From assembly GCA_964016885.1 (NCBI GenBank), contig OZ024766.1, positions 3,348,001 through 3,412,000 of the forward strand: 64,000 bases of DNA, in the 5' to 3' direction. Source of the DNA: Eledone cirrhosa (lineage: Eukaryota). The first letter of the stretch is position 1. Every line of letters starts with the position of its first letter. The notes beneath the pieces are model-generated. The model saw only the letters and a list, made by a program, of their open reading frames with translations, was not told where the DNA came from and did no database searches. Below are positions 53,284 to 64,000 of this stretch, piece by piece. Made by a program: the position numbers and the translations under genes.

Positions 53284-53748
53284 ATGACACTTGTAAGAGA
53301 AGAAGAACCGAAAGGAAGAACGAAGCAGGGAGAAAGTTATGGCAAGATGTTGGCGACACGCACAAACATTACCGCCGCAACCACCCCCACCGGAACGACA
53401 ACCATCACAACACCGTCGCCCTCACAAAAACAACAACACTGCTGCTGCTACAACAACAACAACAGCAACAACAACAGCAGCATTAACACTACCACAACAA
53501 CAACAACAACCACCGCAGCAACAACAGCAGCAGCAACAACAACAACAACAACAACAGCAGCAGCAGCGCTGCTGTTTCTTTCTAGCCACCCCCGTCTCCC
53601 GTCAGAGCAGTCCAGATTTCGAACCAGGGTCGGGCGTGTGGTGACGTTGACGATAATGATGATGATGATGATGATGATGTTGCTGACGATGATGATGATG
53701 TTGATGATGATGGCATTTGCTGCAGCCTCTTCTCTTCGTGCAACCACC

Positions 53749-53779
<31 letters not shown>

Positions 53780-54204
53780 CCACCAACACCAACAACAACA
53801 ACAACAACAACACCAACAACGCCAAGAGCACCACCACCACCACCACCACCGCCACCGCCGCCGCCGCCATTCCACCACCATTCGCAACAACCACCACCAC
53901 CGCCGCCGCCGCCATCTTGACGACGGCCGTAATCGCCGCCGCCGCCGCCGCCACGGCCAAAACCCGCTCCACCACCACCACCACCACCATCGCCACCTCC
54001 TCCTCCTCTACCAGGCCGACGTGGCCAGTGGCAGCAGCGGTGGTGGTGGTGTCGCTGCTAGCGAGCGCCCAGATCGCCAGTGGCGGCGGTGGTGTCGGTG
54101 GCGACACAGCGACAGAGGCGGCGGGGACTTTGAAAAACTTTTACTCGTTCACAGCAAAGGATATAAATGGCGACACCGTACATCTGTCAAAATACAGGGG
54201 AATG
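53284..54204 (+). CDS. gpx7: gpx7 exon 1: long low-complexity N-terminus, hydrophobic segments and start of the GPx domain
   Basis: 307 open codons ending ...LSKYRGM then a GTGAGT donor. The 3' part is secure; the 5' extent is uncertain. Confidence 0.7.
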
Positions 54205-56299
54205 GTGAGTTGATTTATTTATGTCTGTCTCTCTCTCTCTCTGTCTGTCTCTCTCTCTCCCTCTCTGTCTGTCTGTCTCTCTCTCTCTCTCCCTCTCTCT
54301 GTCTGTCTGTCTGTCTGTCTCTGTCTGTCTCTCTATATGTATGTCTGTCTGTATGTCTAGCTATCTATCTCTGATTCATTTTATCAAATACCACTTTGGA
54401 AGAAGAGTCGGGATGGAGAGAGAGGTGCTCCACTCCAGCAAGTTTTATGAAAGGTTGGGTGAAAGTGGCGAGAATGGCCCCAGTGAATGGGCCTTCTCTC
54501 TACCTCAGCCTGTAGGCGGAACAGAAAGAAGGGAGCACCCTCTCTTTGTGCTCCCGTGGAGAAGGGTCGCACACTTTCTTTCGGGGGTGTGTGTGACCCC
54601 AAAACGATCCCTCTCTATTGAGGACCTTCTTGTTATTATTTTGTTTGTTATATTTTTCTTACTCGATTTTCATGTAAACTCCCCCCACCCATGTGCATGT
54701 CCCTTTCTTTTGTGCCCTAGTGGCAAATAAACAGAAATCTGTATGTCTAGCTATCTATCTCTGATTCATTTTTTCAAATACCACTTTGGAAGAAGAGTCA
54801 GGATGGAGAGAGAGGTGCTGTACCCCAGCAAGTTTTATGAAAGGTGGGTGAAAGTGGCGAGAATGGCCCCAGTGAATGGGCCTTCTCTCTATATCAGCCT
54901 GTAGGTTGAGGAAAAAGAGGAAGAGAGGAAAGGGGGTACAAACTCTTCGTACTCCTGAAGATGAGGGTTGCACATTTTTTCGGGGGTATGTGTTACCCAT
55001 ATGTAATGTCTCCCCCTATTGGGGAAAATCGATTGTTTTTTAAATTACATTTGTGATAGTATTTTACAGTATTACAGTAAAGACTTTAATATCTAATGTG
55101 ATGTAGTCATAGTGTTGTTTTGTACTAAATGTTTATAGTATCTTTACTGGTGGACAGATTGTTGTGAATATTTACAGTATTACAGTAAAGACTTTAATAT
55201 TTAATGTGATGTAGTCATAGTGTTGTTTTGTACTAAATGTTTATAGTATCTTTACTGGTGGACAGATTGTTGTGAACATTTACAGTATTACAGTAAAGAC
55301 TTTAATATTTAATGTGATGTAGTCATAGTGTTGTTTTGTACTAAATGTTTATAGTATCTTTACTGGTGGACAGATTGTTGTGAAAATTTACAGTATTACA
55401 GTAAAGACTTTAATATTTAATGTGATGTAGTCATAGTGTTGTTTTGTACTAAATGTTTATAGTATCTTTACTGGTGGACAGATTGTTGTGAACATTTACA
55501 GTATTACAGTAAAGACTTTAATATCTAATGTGATGTAGTCATAGTGTTGTTTTGTACTAAATGTTTATAGTATCTTTACTGGTGGACAGATTGTTGTGAA
55601 TATTTACAGTATTACAGTAAAGACTTTAATATTTAATGTGATGTAGTCATAGTGTTGTTTTGTACTAAATGTTTATAGTATCTTTACTGGTGGACAGATT
55701 GTTGTGAACATTTACAGTATTACAGTAAAGACTTTAATATTTAATGTGATGTAGTCATAGTGTTGTTTTGTACTAAATGTTTATAGTATCTTTACTGGTG
55801 GACAGATTGTTGTGAACATTTACAGTATTACAGTAAAGACTTTAATATTTAATGTGATGTAGTCATAGTGTTGTTTTGTACTAAATGTTTATAGTATCTT
55901 TACTGGTGGACAGATTGTTGTGAATATTTACAGTATTACAGTAAAGACTTTAATATTTAATATGATGTAGTCATAGTGTTGTTTTGTACTAAATGTTTAT
56001 AGTATTTTTACTGGTGGACAGATTGTTGTGAATATTTACAGTATTACAGTAAAGACTTTAATATTTAATGTGATGCAATCATTCCACCAAAGGGACAATG
56101 AATTCCATGGTGGCACTTCCATGGTCCAATCAAGAGGTCAAGGTCACAGGAAGGAAGGAAGAAAAGAAGGTTATGTTTCAAAATACTTCTGGAACTTCCT
56201 GAATTATAAATTATTTGAACACTGGGCAATATGAGACTGCTATTCAAGGTGGTTGGAGTCTAATACATACATACATACATACATACATACATACATACA

Positions 56300-56367
<68 letters not shown>

Positions 56368-56670
56368 GAGGCACTTCGCTTAGTGGTTAGAGCATTGGCC
56401 TTGCAATCGAAAGGTTGTGAGTTCAATTCTCAGACCGGGTGATGTGTTGTTTCCTTGAGCAAGACACTTTATTTCACATTGCTCCAGTTTACTCAGCTGT
56501 AGAAATGAGATGATAGGGACTGGGGTCCCTATCATTCCACTGCAAAGTGGTCGTGGAGGTGCCACGGCAAAAAAGCACCCAGCACTCACTGTAAATGAGG
56601 TTGGTGTTAGGAAGGGCATCCAGCTGTAGAGATCAAGCCAGAATCAGAACATGCCTCCTGTTATTTTGTA

Positions 56671-56711
<41 letters not shown>

Positions 56712-56728
56712 TCTATATGTTTATACAT

Positions 56729-56771
<43 letters not shown>

Positions 56772-56911
56772 TATATATATATACACATATATATATATAC
56801 ACATATATATATATACACACACACATATATATATATACACCCACATATCATCATCATCATCATCATCATCATCATCGTTTAACATCCATCTTCCACGCTA
56901 GCATGGGTTTG

Positions 56912-56975
<64 letters not shown>

Positions 56976-57033
56976 ATATATCTACATATATGTATATGTA
57001 TATATATATATATACACATACACACACACACAT

Positions 57034-57084
<51 letters not shown>

Positions 57085-57250
57085 TATATGATGATGGTGC
57101 ATGTTTATTTATAAAACTCCAGGTCATTCAATTGGAATTCCTGAGAATCATATTTCTTATTGTTCACTCAATTAAATATTATATACACCCATATATACAA
57201 TTTATGTACACTTGGGTATTAACATATATATATATATATACGTATGCATG

Positions 57251-57292
<42 letters not shown>

Positions 57293-59262
57293 TGAACATA
57301 TATATATATATATATATATGTCCATGCATATATATATATATGTATACATATATATATCATTTCATTTTTTTCATTTCATTTTACGTCCGCTTCGTGGCAT
57401 AGAGTTACGGCCTTTTACGTTCCGAGTTCAAATCTCACCGAGGTTAGCTTTGCCTTTCATCCTTACGGGGGGGGGGGGGTCGATAAAAATAAAGTACCAG
57501 TAATGTACTGGGGTAATTGCTGGCCTTGTGCCCCCAAAAGTAGAAACAGTTATTACAGGGTCGATAAAATAAAGTACCACTAATACACTGGGGTAATTGC
57601 TGGCCTTGTGCCTAACGTAGAAACAATTATTACGGGGTTGATAAAATAAAGTACCAGTAATACACTGAGGTAATTGCTGGCCTTGTGCCTAAAGTAGAAA
57701 CAATTATTACGGGGTCGATAAAATAAAGTACCAGTAATACACTGGGGTAATTGCTGGCCTTGTGCCTAAAGTAGAAACAATTATTACGGGGTCGATAAAA
57801 TAAAGTACCAGTAATACACTGGGGTAATTGCTGGCCTTGTGCCTAAAGTAGAAACAATTATTACGGGGTCGATAAAATAAAGTACCAGTAATACACTGAG
57901 GTAATTGCTGGCCTTGTGCCAAAAGTAGAAACAATTATTACAGGGTAGATAAAATAAAGTACCAGTAATACACTGGAGTAATTGCTGGCCTTGTGCCCCT
58001 AAAAGTAGAAACAGTTATTATGGGGTCGATAAAATAAAGTACCAGTAATACACTGGGGTAATTGCTGGCCTTGTGCCTAAAGTAGAAAGTTATTACGGGG
58101 TCGATAAAATAAAGTACCAGTAATACACTGGTGTAATTGCTGGCCTTGTGCCAAAAGTAGAAACAGTTATTACGGGGTCGATAAAATAAAGTACCAGTAA
58201 TACACTGGGGTAATTGCTGGCCTTGTGCCCCCAAAAGTAGAAACAATTATTACGGGGTCGATAAAATAAAGTACCAGTAATACACTGGGGGTAATTGCTG
58301 GCCTTGTGCCCCCAAAAGTAGAAACAATTATTACGGGGTCGATAAAATAAAGTACCAGTAATTCACTGGGGGTAATTGCTGGCCTTGTGCCTAACATAGA
58401 AGCAGTTCTTACTAATACTTCCTCAACTAGAACCCCTATTCACCTCAAGTCCTTCACCATTGTCTCTCTCTCTCTCTCTCTCTACCAACTGCAGGTCACC
58501 CTGGTGGTCAACGTGGCCAGTGAGTGTGGTTTCACCCACAGGAACTATGAGGCCCTCGTTCAGCTTCAGTCGACCTTTATTGAAAAGAAGTTCTCAGTCC
58601 TGGCTTTCCCTTGTAACCAGTTTGGGGATCAGGAGCCTGGGGTAAGTTGAATCATCTCTCTCTCTCTCTCTCTCTCCATATTACTCTCTTTTACTCTTTT
58701 ACCTGTTCCAGCCATTCGGCTGAGGCCATGCTGGGGCATATACATACATATATGGAGGCACATGGCTTAGTGGTTAGAGCATTGGCCTTGCAATCGAAAG
58801 GTTGTGAGTTCAATTCTCAGACCGGGTGATGTGTTGTTTCCTTGAGCAAGACACTTTATTTCACATTGCTCCAGTTTACTCAGCTGTAGAAATGAGATGA
58901 TAGGGACTGGGGTCCCTATCATTCCACTCCAAAGTGGTCGTGGAGGTGCCACGGCAAAAAAGCACTCAGCACTCACTGTAAATGAGGTTGGTGTTAGGAA
59001 GGGCATCCAGCTGTAGAGATCAAGCCAGAATCAGTTCCCGTCCCACCCTTGCAAGCAGGGAAAAGTGGACGTAAAATGAAATGATGAATGATGAAATGAT
59101 TTTTAGTCCAGAATTAGCCGTCGAAACAGCTTGAGCTCAGCCGTCGGGGTCCTACTCATTCCTATATATATATCATCATTTCATCATTACCCACTGTACT
59201 ACCCTAAGTATTGAGTACTTTGGTGCATTATGGTCCACCCGGTTCCTTACCACATTTCCTTC

Positions 59263-59326
<64 letters not shown>

Positions 59327-61555
59327 CAAAAGTTTTATTAGCTTCCTACCTTAATGGTCGCTATATTTATGGTACATCAAATTTATTTATAAAACTGGTT
59401 ATATATTGTATTTTATCTGACGAAGGCATGCCATATTTTTAATATGGTATCCCTGAAATATGTATAATGAAATAAATATGGTTTTATAAATATAGTTTCC
59501 ATTTGTTGAATATCGTTTATATATATATATATTTATATATATACAATATATTAATAAATGAAAACTATATTTTATAAAACCATATTTATTTTATTATACA
59601 TATTTCAACGGCAACCAAGGTAAATTATGGTGCGCTTTCATCAGATAAAATACAGATTTGGTTTATAAATAAATATTGAGATACCCGGAAAAAAAATATA
59701 TATATAAAATGATTTTATTCATTCTGGCAACTGAAGACAGACATAACATCTGCCTTCAAGAAACCACTGGTAAATGAAATAATTATCTTATGTTGTTTAT
59801 TACATAACTAATAAGCTCTATAGCCTACATAGAGCACTCTTTTTTCCTGTACCTTTCCGACGGAAATACTGCATTTATATATTTATATATATATATATAT
59901 TACCATTTTCAGGATGACTGGGAAATTGAAAGTTTTGTTGAGAAACTCTATGGTTTAAACTTCCCCCTTTTTTCAAAGATTAATGTTATAGGATCTTATG
60001 CAGCTTCTAGCTGGAAATATCTTGCAAGTAAGTGGTCTTGCTTTAACCCTTTCATCTCTCCATTGGCAATGAAGTCTTTAGAATAACCCTTTAACCCTTT
60101 TGCATTTACATTACTCTATATATACTATTGTATTGTCACAGTAAAGGCTTTACCTCACATAATATCTCACATAGCATTTACATTACTCTATATATACTAT
60201 TGTATTGTCACAGTAAAGGCTTTATCTCACATAATATCTCACATAGCATTTACATTACTCTATATATACTATTGTATTGTCACAGTAAAGGCTTTACCTC
60301 ACATAATACCTCACATAACATTTACATTACTCTATATATACTATTGTATTGTCACAGTAAAGGCTTTACCTCACATATCTCACATAACATTTACATTACT
60401 CTATATATACTATTGTATTGTCACAGTAAAGGCTTTACCTCACATAATATCTCACATAACATTTACATTACTCTATATATACTATTGTATTGTCACAGTA
60501 AAGGCTTTACCTCACATAATATTTACATTACTCTATATATACTATTGTATTGTCACAGTAAAGGCTTTACCTCACATAATATCTCACATAACATTTACAT
60601 TACTCTTCGATTTTCGATTTCCATGTGTCTAACACACGTGGACATGCCCACAAAGTAAGAAAACAGCACAGTTCCCATGACTTTCGGAAACATTTTTTCA
60701 CTCTCAGAGTTGCTGAAGCATGGAACAAACTACCTGCATCAGTTGTTAGCTGTCGAAACACTGCATCCTTTAAGGCCTCCATGCTTCCCGAGATCCGCCA
60801 ACACTACAGCTAACACATACAAACATGTACTTCCCTGACATTTGTGTATTATTCTATGTACTATATTGACGAGTTGTAGTGCACCTGAGCACTTTACACA
60901 ATAATTTCATTATTATTATATATACTATTGTATTTTCACAGTAAAGGCTTTACCTCACATAATATCTCACATAACATTTACATTACTCTATATATACTAT
61001 TGTATTGTCACAGTAAAGGCTTTACCTTACATAATATCCTGAGACATTCTAACCACATGTCTGTAGTATCAGAGCTGTGATCTCTCAATTCAGAGATTCT
61101 TTCCTGAGACATTCTAACCACATGTCTGTAGTATCAGAGCTGTGATCTCTCTATTCAGTGATTCTTTCCTGAGACATTCTAACCACATGTCTGTAGTATC
61201 AGAGCTGTGATCTCTCAATCCAGTGATTCTTTCCTGAGACATTCTAACCACATGTCTGTAGTATCAGAGCTGTGATCTCTCAATTCAGAGATGTAGTGGC
61301 TCTATCTGTTTGTCTGTATGTATGTTGGTGTGTCTATGATTTTGTCTATCTCACCTCGGTCCATTCTTTTTATCTTCGACAGAATCATCTGGCAAAGAAC
61401 CAAACTGGAATTTCTGGAAGTATCTAGTAGGTCGTGATGGGCTTGTGACAAAGGTCTGGGGTCCTAAGACTTCGTTCAGTGAAATATACCGCGCTATACA
61501 GGATGTACTTGAAGGAAAGCTGCTAAAGAAAAATATTCATCGCACAGATCTATAA
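53284..61555 (+). CDS. gpx7: Cys-type ER glutathione peroxidase, GPx7/8 family; 4 exons, up to 451 aa (start codon uncertain)
   Basis: Exons 53284-54204, 58495-58641, 59913-60027, 61383-61555 join in frame. Motifs: [22 protein letters not shown] (Cys TGT at 58525-58527), [24 protein letters not shown]-terminal RTDL ER-retention-like signal. Confidence 0.93.
54371..55065 (+). mobile_element. Two tandem LINE 3' ends (same family as 37300-37785)
   Basis: Shared ORF end with different 3' UTRs. Confidence 0.7.
55062..56075. repeat. 108-bp minisatellite, about 9 copies, in gpx7 intron 1
   Basis: Period 108 (AGACTTTAAT at 55081 and at 55621, five units apart). Confidence 0.95.
56367..56647 (+). 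mobile_element. SINE family A
   Basis: Matches the family A consensus. Confidence 0.9.
57395..58405 (+). repeat. SINE family B with its 3' about 77 bp tandemly amplified about 12 times
   Basis: Unit GGGGTCGATAAAATAAAGTACCAGTAATACACTGGGGTAATTGCTGGCCTTGTGCCTAAAGTAGAAACAATTATTAC. Confidence 0.93.
58495..58641 (+). CDS. gpx7: gpx7 exon 2 (catalytic Cys)
   Basis: [18 protein letters not shown]...[13 protein letters not shown]; CAG acceptor, GTAAGT donor. Confidence 0.96.
58753..59090 (+). mobile_element. SINE family A, full length
   Basis: Matches the family A consensus, with an (AAATG) tail. Confidence 0.92.
59411..59472 (+). ncRNA. Minimal type I hammerhead ribozyme motif (family H1) in gpx7 intron 2 (sense)
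   Basis: TTTTAT-CTGACGA-AGGcATGCCATAT tttta ATATGGTATcCCT-GAAA-TATGTA-TA-ATGAAA. Confidence 0.75.
59589..59650 (-). ncRNA. Minimal type I hammerhead ribozyme motif (family H1), inverted partner of 59411-59472
   Basis: TTTTAT-CTGATGA-AAGCGCACCA...TGGTTGCCGTT-GAAA-TATGTA-TA-ATAAAA; stem II is imperfect. Confidence 0.65.
59713..59780 (+). ncRNA. Decayed hammerhead motif (core mutated)
   Basis: TTCATT-CTGGCAA (degenerate CTGANGA)-cTGAAGaCAGA cataaca TCTGcCTTCAa-GAAA-CC ACT GG-TA-AATGAA. Confidence 0.5.
59913..60027 (+). CDS. gpx7: gpx7 exon 3 ([27 protein letters not shown]...WKYLA)
   Basis: Translated by eye; CAG acceptor, GTAAGT donor, phase 0/1. Confidence 0.95.
60091..60606 (+). repeat. 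72-bp minisatellite starting at TTAACCCTTTTGCATT; resumes at 60918-61038
   Basis: Same unit as the other 72-bp arrays; interrupted by a CR1-type fragment. Confidence 0.92.
60607..60919 (+). mobile_element. CR1/L2-group LINE 3' end with (TTA)n tail
   Basis: NTRGHAHK...[21 protein letters not shown]...ASFK; the 3' UTR recurs at about 62310-62370. Confidence 0.88.
61038..61308. repeat. 65-bp minisatellite, about 4 copies, with the RTE flank TAGTGGCTCTATCTG
   Basis: Same unit and flank as at 42318-42345. Confidence 0.92.
61383..61555 (+). CDS. gpx7: gpx7 exon 4 ([19 protein letters not shown]...HRTDL*)
   Basis: WNF catalytic-tetrad motif; CAG acceptor; TAA stop at 61553-61555. Confidence 0.96.
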
Positions 61556-61814
61556 CCTACACGGCATTCCTTTTATATTGACAAAAAATGGACCGGTCTA
61601 TGTTTTTATAGGGGTGAGGGGGAATATTTGTTCAAACTGGTTGATAACAGAAATAAACGCCTACCTGACATCTCTTTATTGAAAAAAATAAAAAATGGAC
61701 TGGTCTATATTTTTATAGGGGTGAGGGGAGCATATAATGGAAATAAAACCTATATGGTTCCATCCCCTCTCATATTAAGAGGAATGGACTGGCCATTGGT
61801 ATGTATGTGTATAC

Positions 61815-61859
<45 letters not shown>

Positions 61860-61895
61860 AAAACATATATATACATACATATATACACACATACA

Positions 61896-61926
<31 letters not shown>

Positions 61927-62151
61927 TGGAAAATGTGTGAGATCCTTGGTACAGTTAGGTGTATTTGAAAAAAGGAAAAGAATGACTTCACTTGTAGTTC
62001 TAAACAATTTATACTTAAATTTATAATATTTGTTTCTACTTTAGGCACAAGGCCAGCAAATACCCAGTTCATTACTGGTACTTTATTTTATCGACCCCGT
62101 AAGGATGAAAGGCAAAGTCAACTTAAATTTATAATATTATGAGTTGGTAGA

Positions 62152-62459
62152 TCTACTAAGTTCTTTGTTAACTTCAGTGGGAAGGTTTTTAAAGATTCCT
62201 GGTTAACTTTCCTGGAGAACTTTCTCACACATTCCCGTGTGTATCATGACTCATGCACTGTTCATTTTCCTGATGTTTGTACATTACCCTATGTACTATA
62301 CATACACTTTTTGATGAGTTGTAGTGCACCTGAGCACTGTACACAATATTTCATTATTATTATTATTATTCAAACCGACGAATGTGAGAAAGTTCTCCAG
62401 GAAAATTAACCAGGAATCTTTAAAAATCTTCCCACTGAAGTTAACAAAGAACTTACTAG
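62152..62459. repeat. About 80-bp inverted repeat (62152-62234 versus 62380-62459)
   Basis: AAGTTCTTTGTTAACTTCAGTGGGAAG...CTGGAGAACTTTCTCACA and its reverse complement. Confidence 0.88.
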
Positions 62460-62714
62460 AAATATAAGGAAAACACAAAGGACAGATCCCCTCATCAGTT
62501 GTCTGCTGTGGGTCTTGGACGTTTCGACGCATCAAAGACAATACATCTATCCACAGGGCGTCAATAACTAGAAACTTATTGGGGAAAAGAAAAGACGAGG
62601 AGACGATGGCGAGAGAGAAAGAAAATAAATAAAAAGAAAAAATACAGAAAACATACCAATAAAGGGGAAGAAACTCATACATGGACATTTCTCATATATA
62701 TATATATATATAAT

Positions 62715-63040
62715 AATTGTTTCTACTTTTGGCACAAGGCCAGTACATTACTGGTACATTACTGGTACTTTATTTTATCGACCCTGTAATAAATGTTTCT
62801 ACTTTTGGCACAAGGCCAGCAAAATTACTCAGTACATTACTGGTACTTTATTTTATCGACCCTGTAATAAATGTTTTTACTTTTGGCACAAGGCCAGCAA
62901 TTACTGGTACTTTATTTTATCAACTCCGTAAGGATGAAAGGCAAAGTTAACCTCGGCGGGATTTGAGCTCAGATCATAAAGGGCCGTAACTCTATGCTGG
63001 AAAGCATGGCGTCCGACCCTCTACCGATACTGCCAATCCA
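62715..63040 (-). mobile_element. SINE family B with a triplicated 3' end
   Basis: Matches the family B consensus. Confidence 0.87.
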
Positions 63041-63122
63041 CATTTAATAATAGAAAGGAATATATTTAATACCTTCACTCCATTTTTTTTTATTCAATAT
63101 TTTTTCCACCATTTTCATTCTT

Positions 63123-63167
<45 letters not shown>

Positions 63168-63298
63168 GAAGTTCTATTTAGATTGTTGGGTTACAACAAG
63201 CAAATATTTTTATAACTGATATAAAGCACTCAACAAATTATTGGAGTAAAAATACGATATATTAACAAATGGAAACTATATTTATAAAACCATATTTA

Positions 63299-63359
63299 TT
63301 TCATTATACATATTTCAAGGATACCAAGTTAAATTATGGTGTGCTTTCATCAGATAAAA
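63299..63359 (-). ncRNA. Minimal type I hammerhead ribozyme motif (family H1)
   Basis: TTTTAT-CTGATGA-AAGCACACCA...TGGTATCCTT-GAAA-TATGTA-TA-ATGAAA. Confidence 0.65.
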
Positions 63360-63472
63360 TATAATATAGATCAGTTTTATAAATAAATATTGATATCCCC
63401 TTAAAGAATGCGACCATTTCTGTTGGGAGCTTCCAACAGAAATGGTCGCATTCTTTAAGGTTATGTCAATAT

Positions 63473-63672
63473 CTATCTATCTAAGGCGGGTAAAATTCCC
63501 GAGATCCATGGACGAGTTCTCTCCAGCGGTCTCTGACCCTCATTATCACTGCCATGTCCTGCGTCTCCAACAGACCAGTGTCTGTCCTCAGGGCATCAAC
63601 ATATGTTAACCTTGGTCTTCCTTTTCTAGTGTGTCCATGTAGGGGCTCCCACAGGAGCACTGAGTGCAATGT
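63473..63672 (-). mobile_element. RTE-like 3' fragment flanked by a 10-bp direct repeat ATGTCAATAT
   Basis: Same family as 20193-20390; repeats at 63463-63472 and 63669-63678. Confidence 0.85.
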
Positions 63673-63705
63673 CAATATTTATTTATAAAACTGCTCTATA
63701 TTATA

Positions 63706-63766
63706 TTTTATCTGAAGAAAGCACACCATAATTTAACTTGGTGCCCTTCAAATATGTATAATGAAA
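63706..63766 (+). ncRNA. Hammerhead motif (family H1) with GAAA changed to CAAA, probably inactive
   Basis: TTTTAT-CTGAAGA-AAGCACACCA...TGGTGCCCTT-CAAA-TATGTA-TA-ATGAAA. Confidence 0.6.
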
Positions 63767-63823
63767 TAAATATGGTTTTATAAATATAGTTTCCATTTGT
63801 TAATATATCATATATATATACAT

Positions 63824-63864
<41 letters not shown>

Positions 63865-64000
63865 CGTATTTTCCGGAGTGGAAGACGCTACTTTTTTCCT
63901 AAGTCTCAAAAATCTAGCATGTGTTCTGGAGCCGAAGGTTGTTTATTATTTCTTTCCAAAGTTTTGGTTGTCAAAATTAGGGTGCGTCCACGAGGACGAA

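Noticed and set aside
58520-58530. Selenocysteine GPx (TGA visible at 58521-58523)
   Set aside because: That TGA is out of frame; the catalytic codon is TGT (Cys), so no SECIS is needed.
58753-58830. tRNA genes
   Set aside because: The A- and B-box heads continue into SINE bodies repeated many times; they are not standalone tRNAs.
62480-62565. Hammerhead-like pieces on the minus strand (GCGTC-GAAACGTC ... CTGATGAGG)
   Set aside because: The core halves are not connected by consistent stems I and II; at most a decayed or rearranged Penelope-like remnant.

Overview
Repeat-dense eukaryotic genomic DNA. The SINE, LINE and microsatellite landscape suggests an octopus-like coleoid cephalopod, which is an inference. 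Two spliced genes were reconstructed by eye with phase-consistent GT-AG junctions: cdc20/fizzy on the minus strand (8 coding exons, 32008-17491, 515 aa) and a Cys-type ER glutathione peroxidase of the GPx7/8 family on the plus strand (4 exons, 53284-61555), with an unusually long microsatellite-built N-terminus. The rest is a decayed DD37D (maT) transposon, two tRNA-derived SINE families, RTE/CR1/Tx1-like LINE fragments, Helentron-like and piggyBac-like non-autonomous elements, and many minisatellites. Most minisatellite units trace to internal pieces of those mobile elements. The most notable unannotated signal is a set of seven type I hammerhead-ribozyme motifs (five with intact cores, two decayed) in short, non-coding, TA-embedded elements that often occur as inverted pairs; three intact-core copies lie sense to the introns of the two genes. 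Nearly all ORFs in the supplied track are translations of simple repeats.
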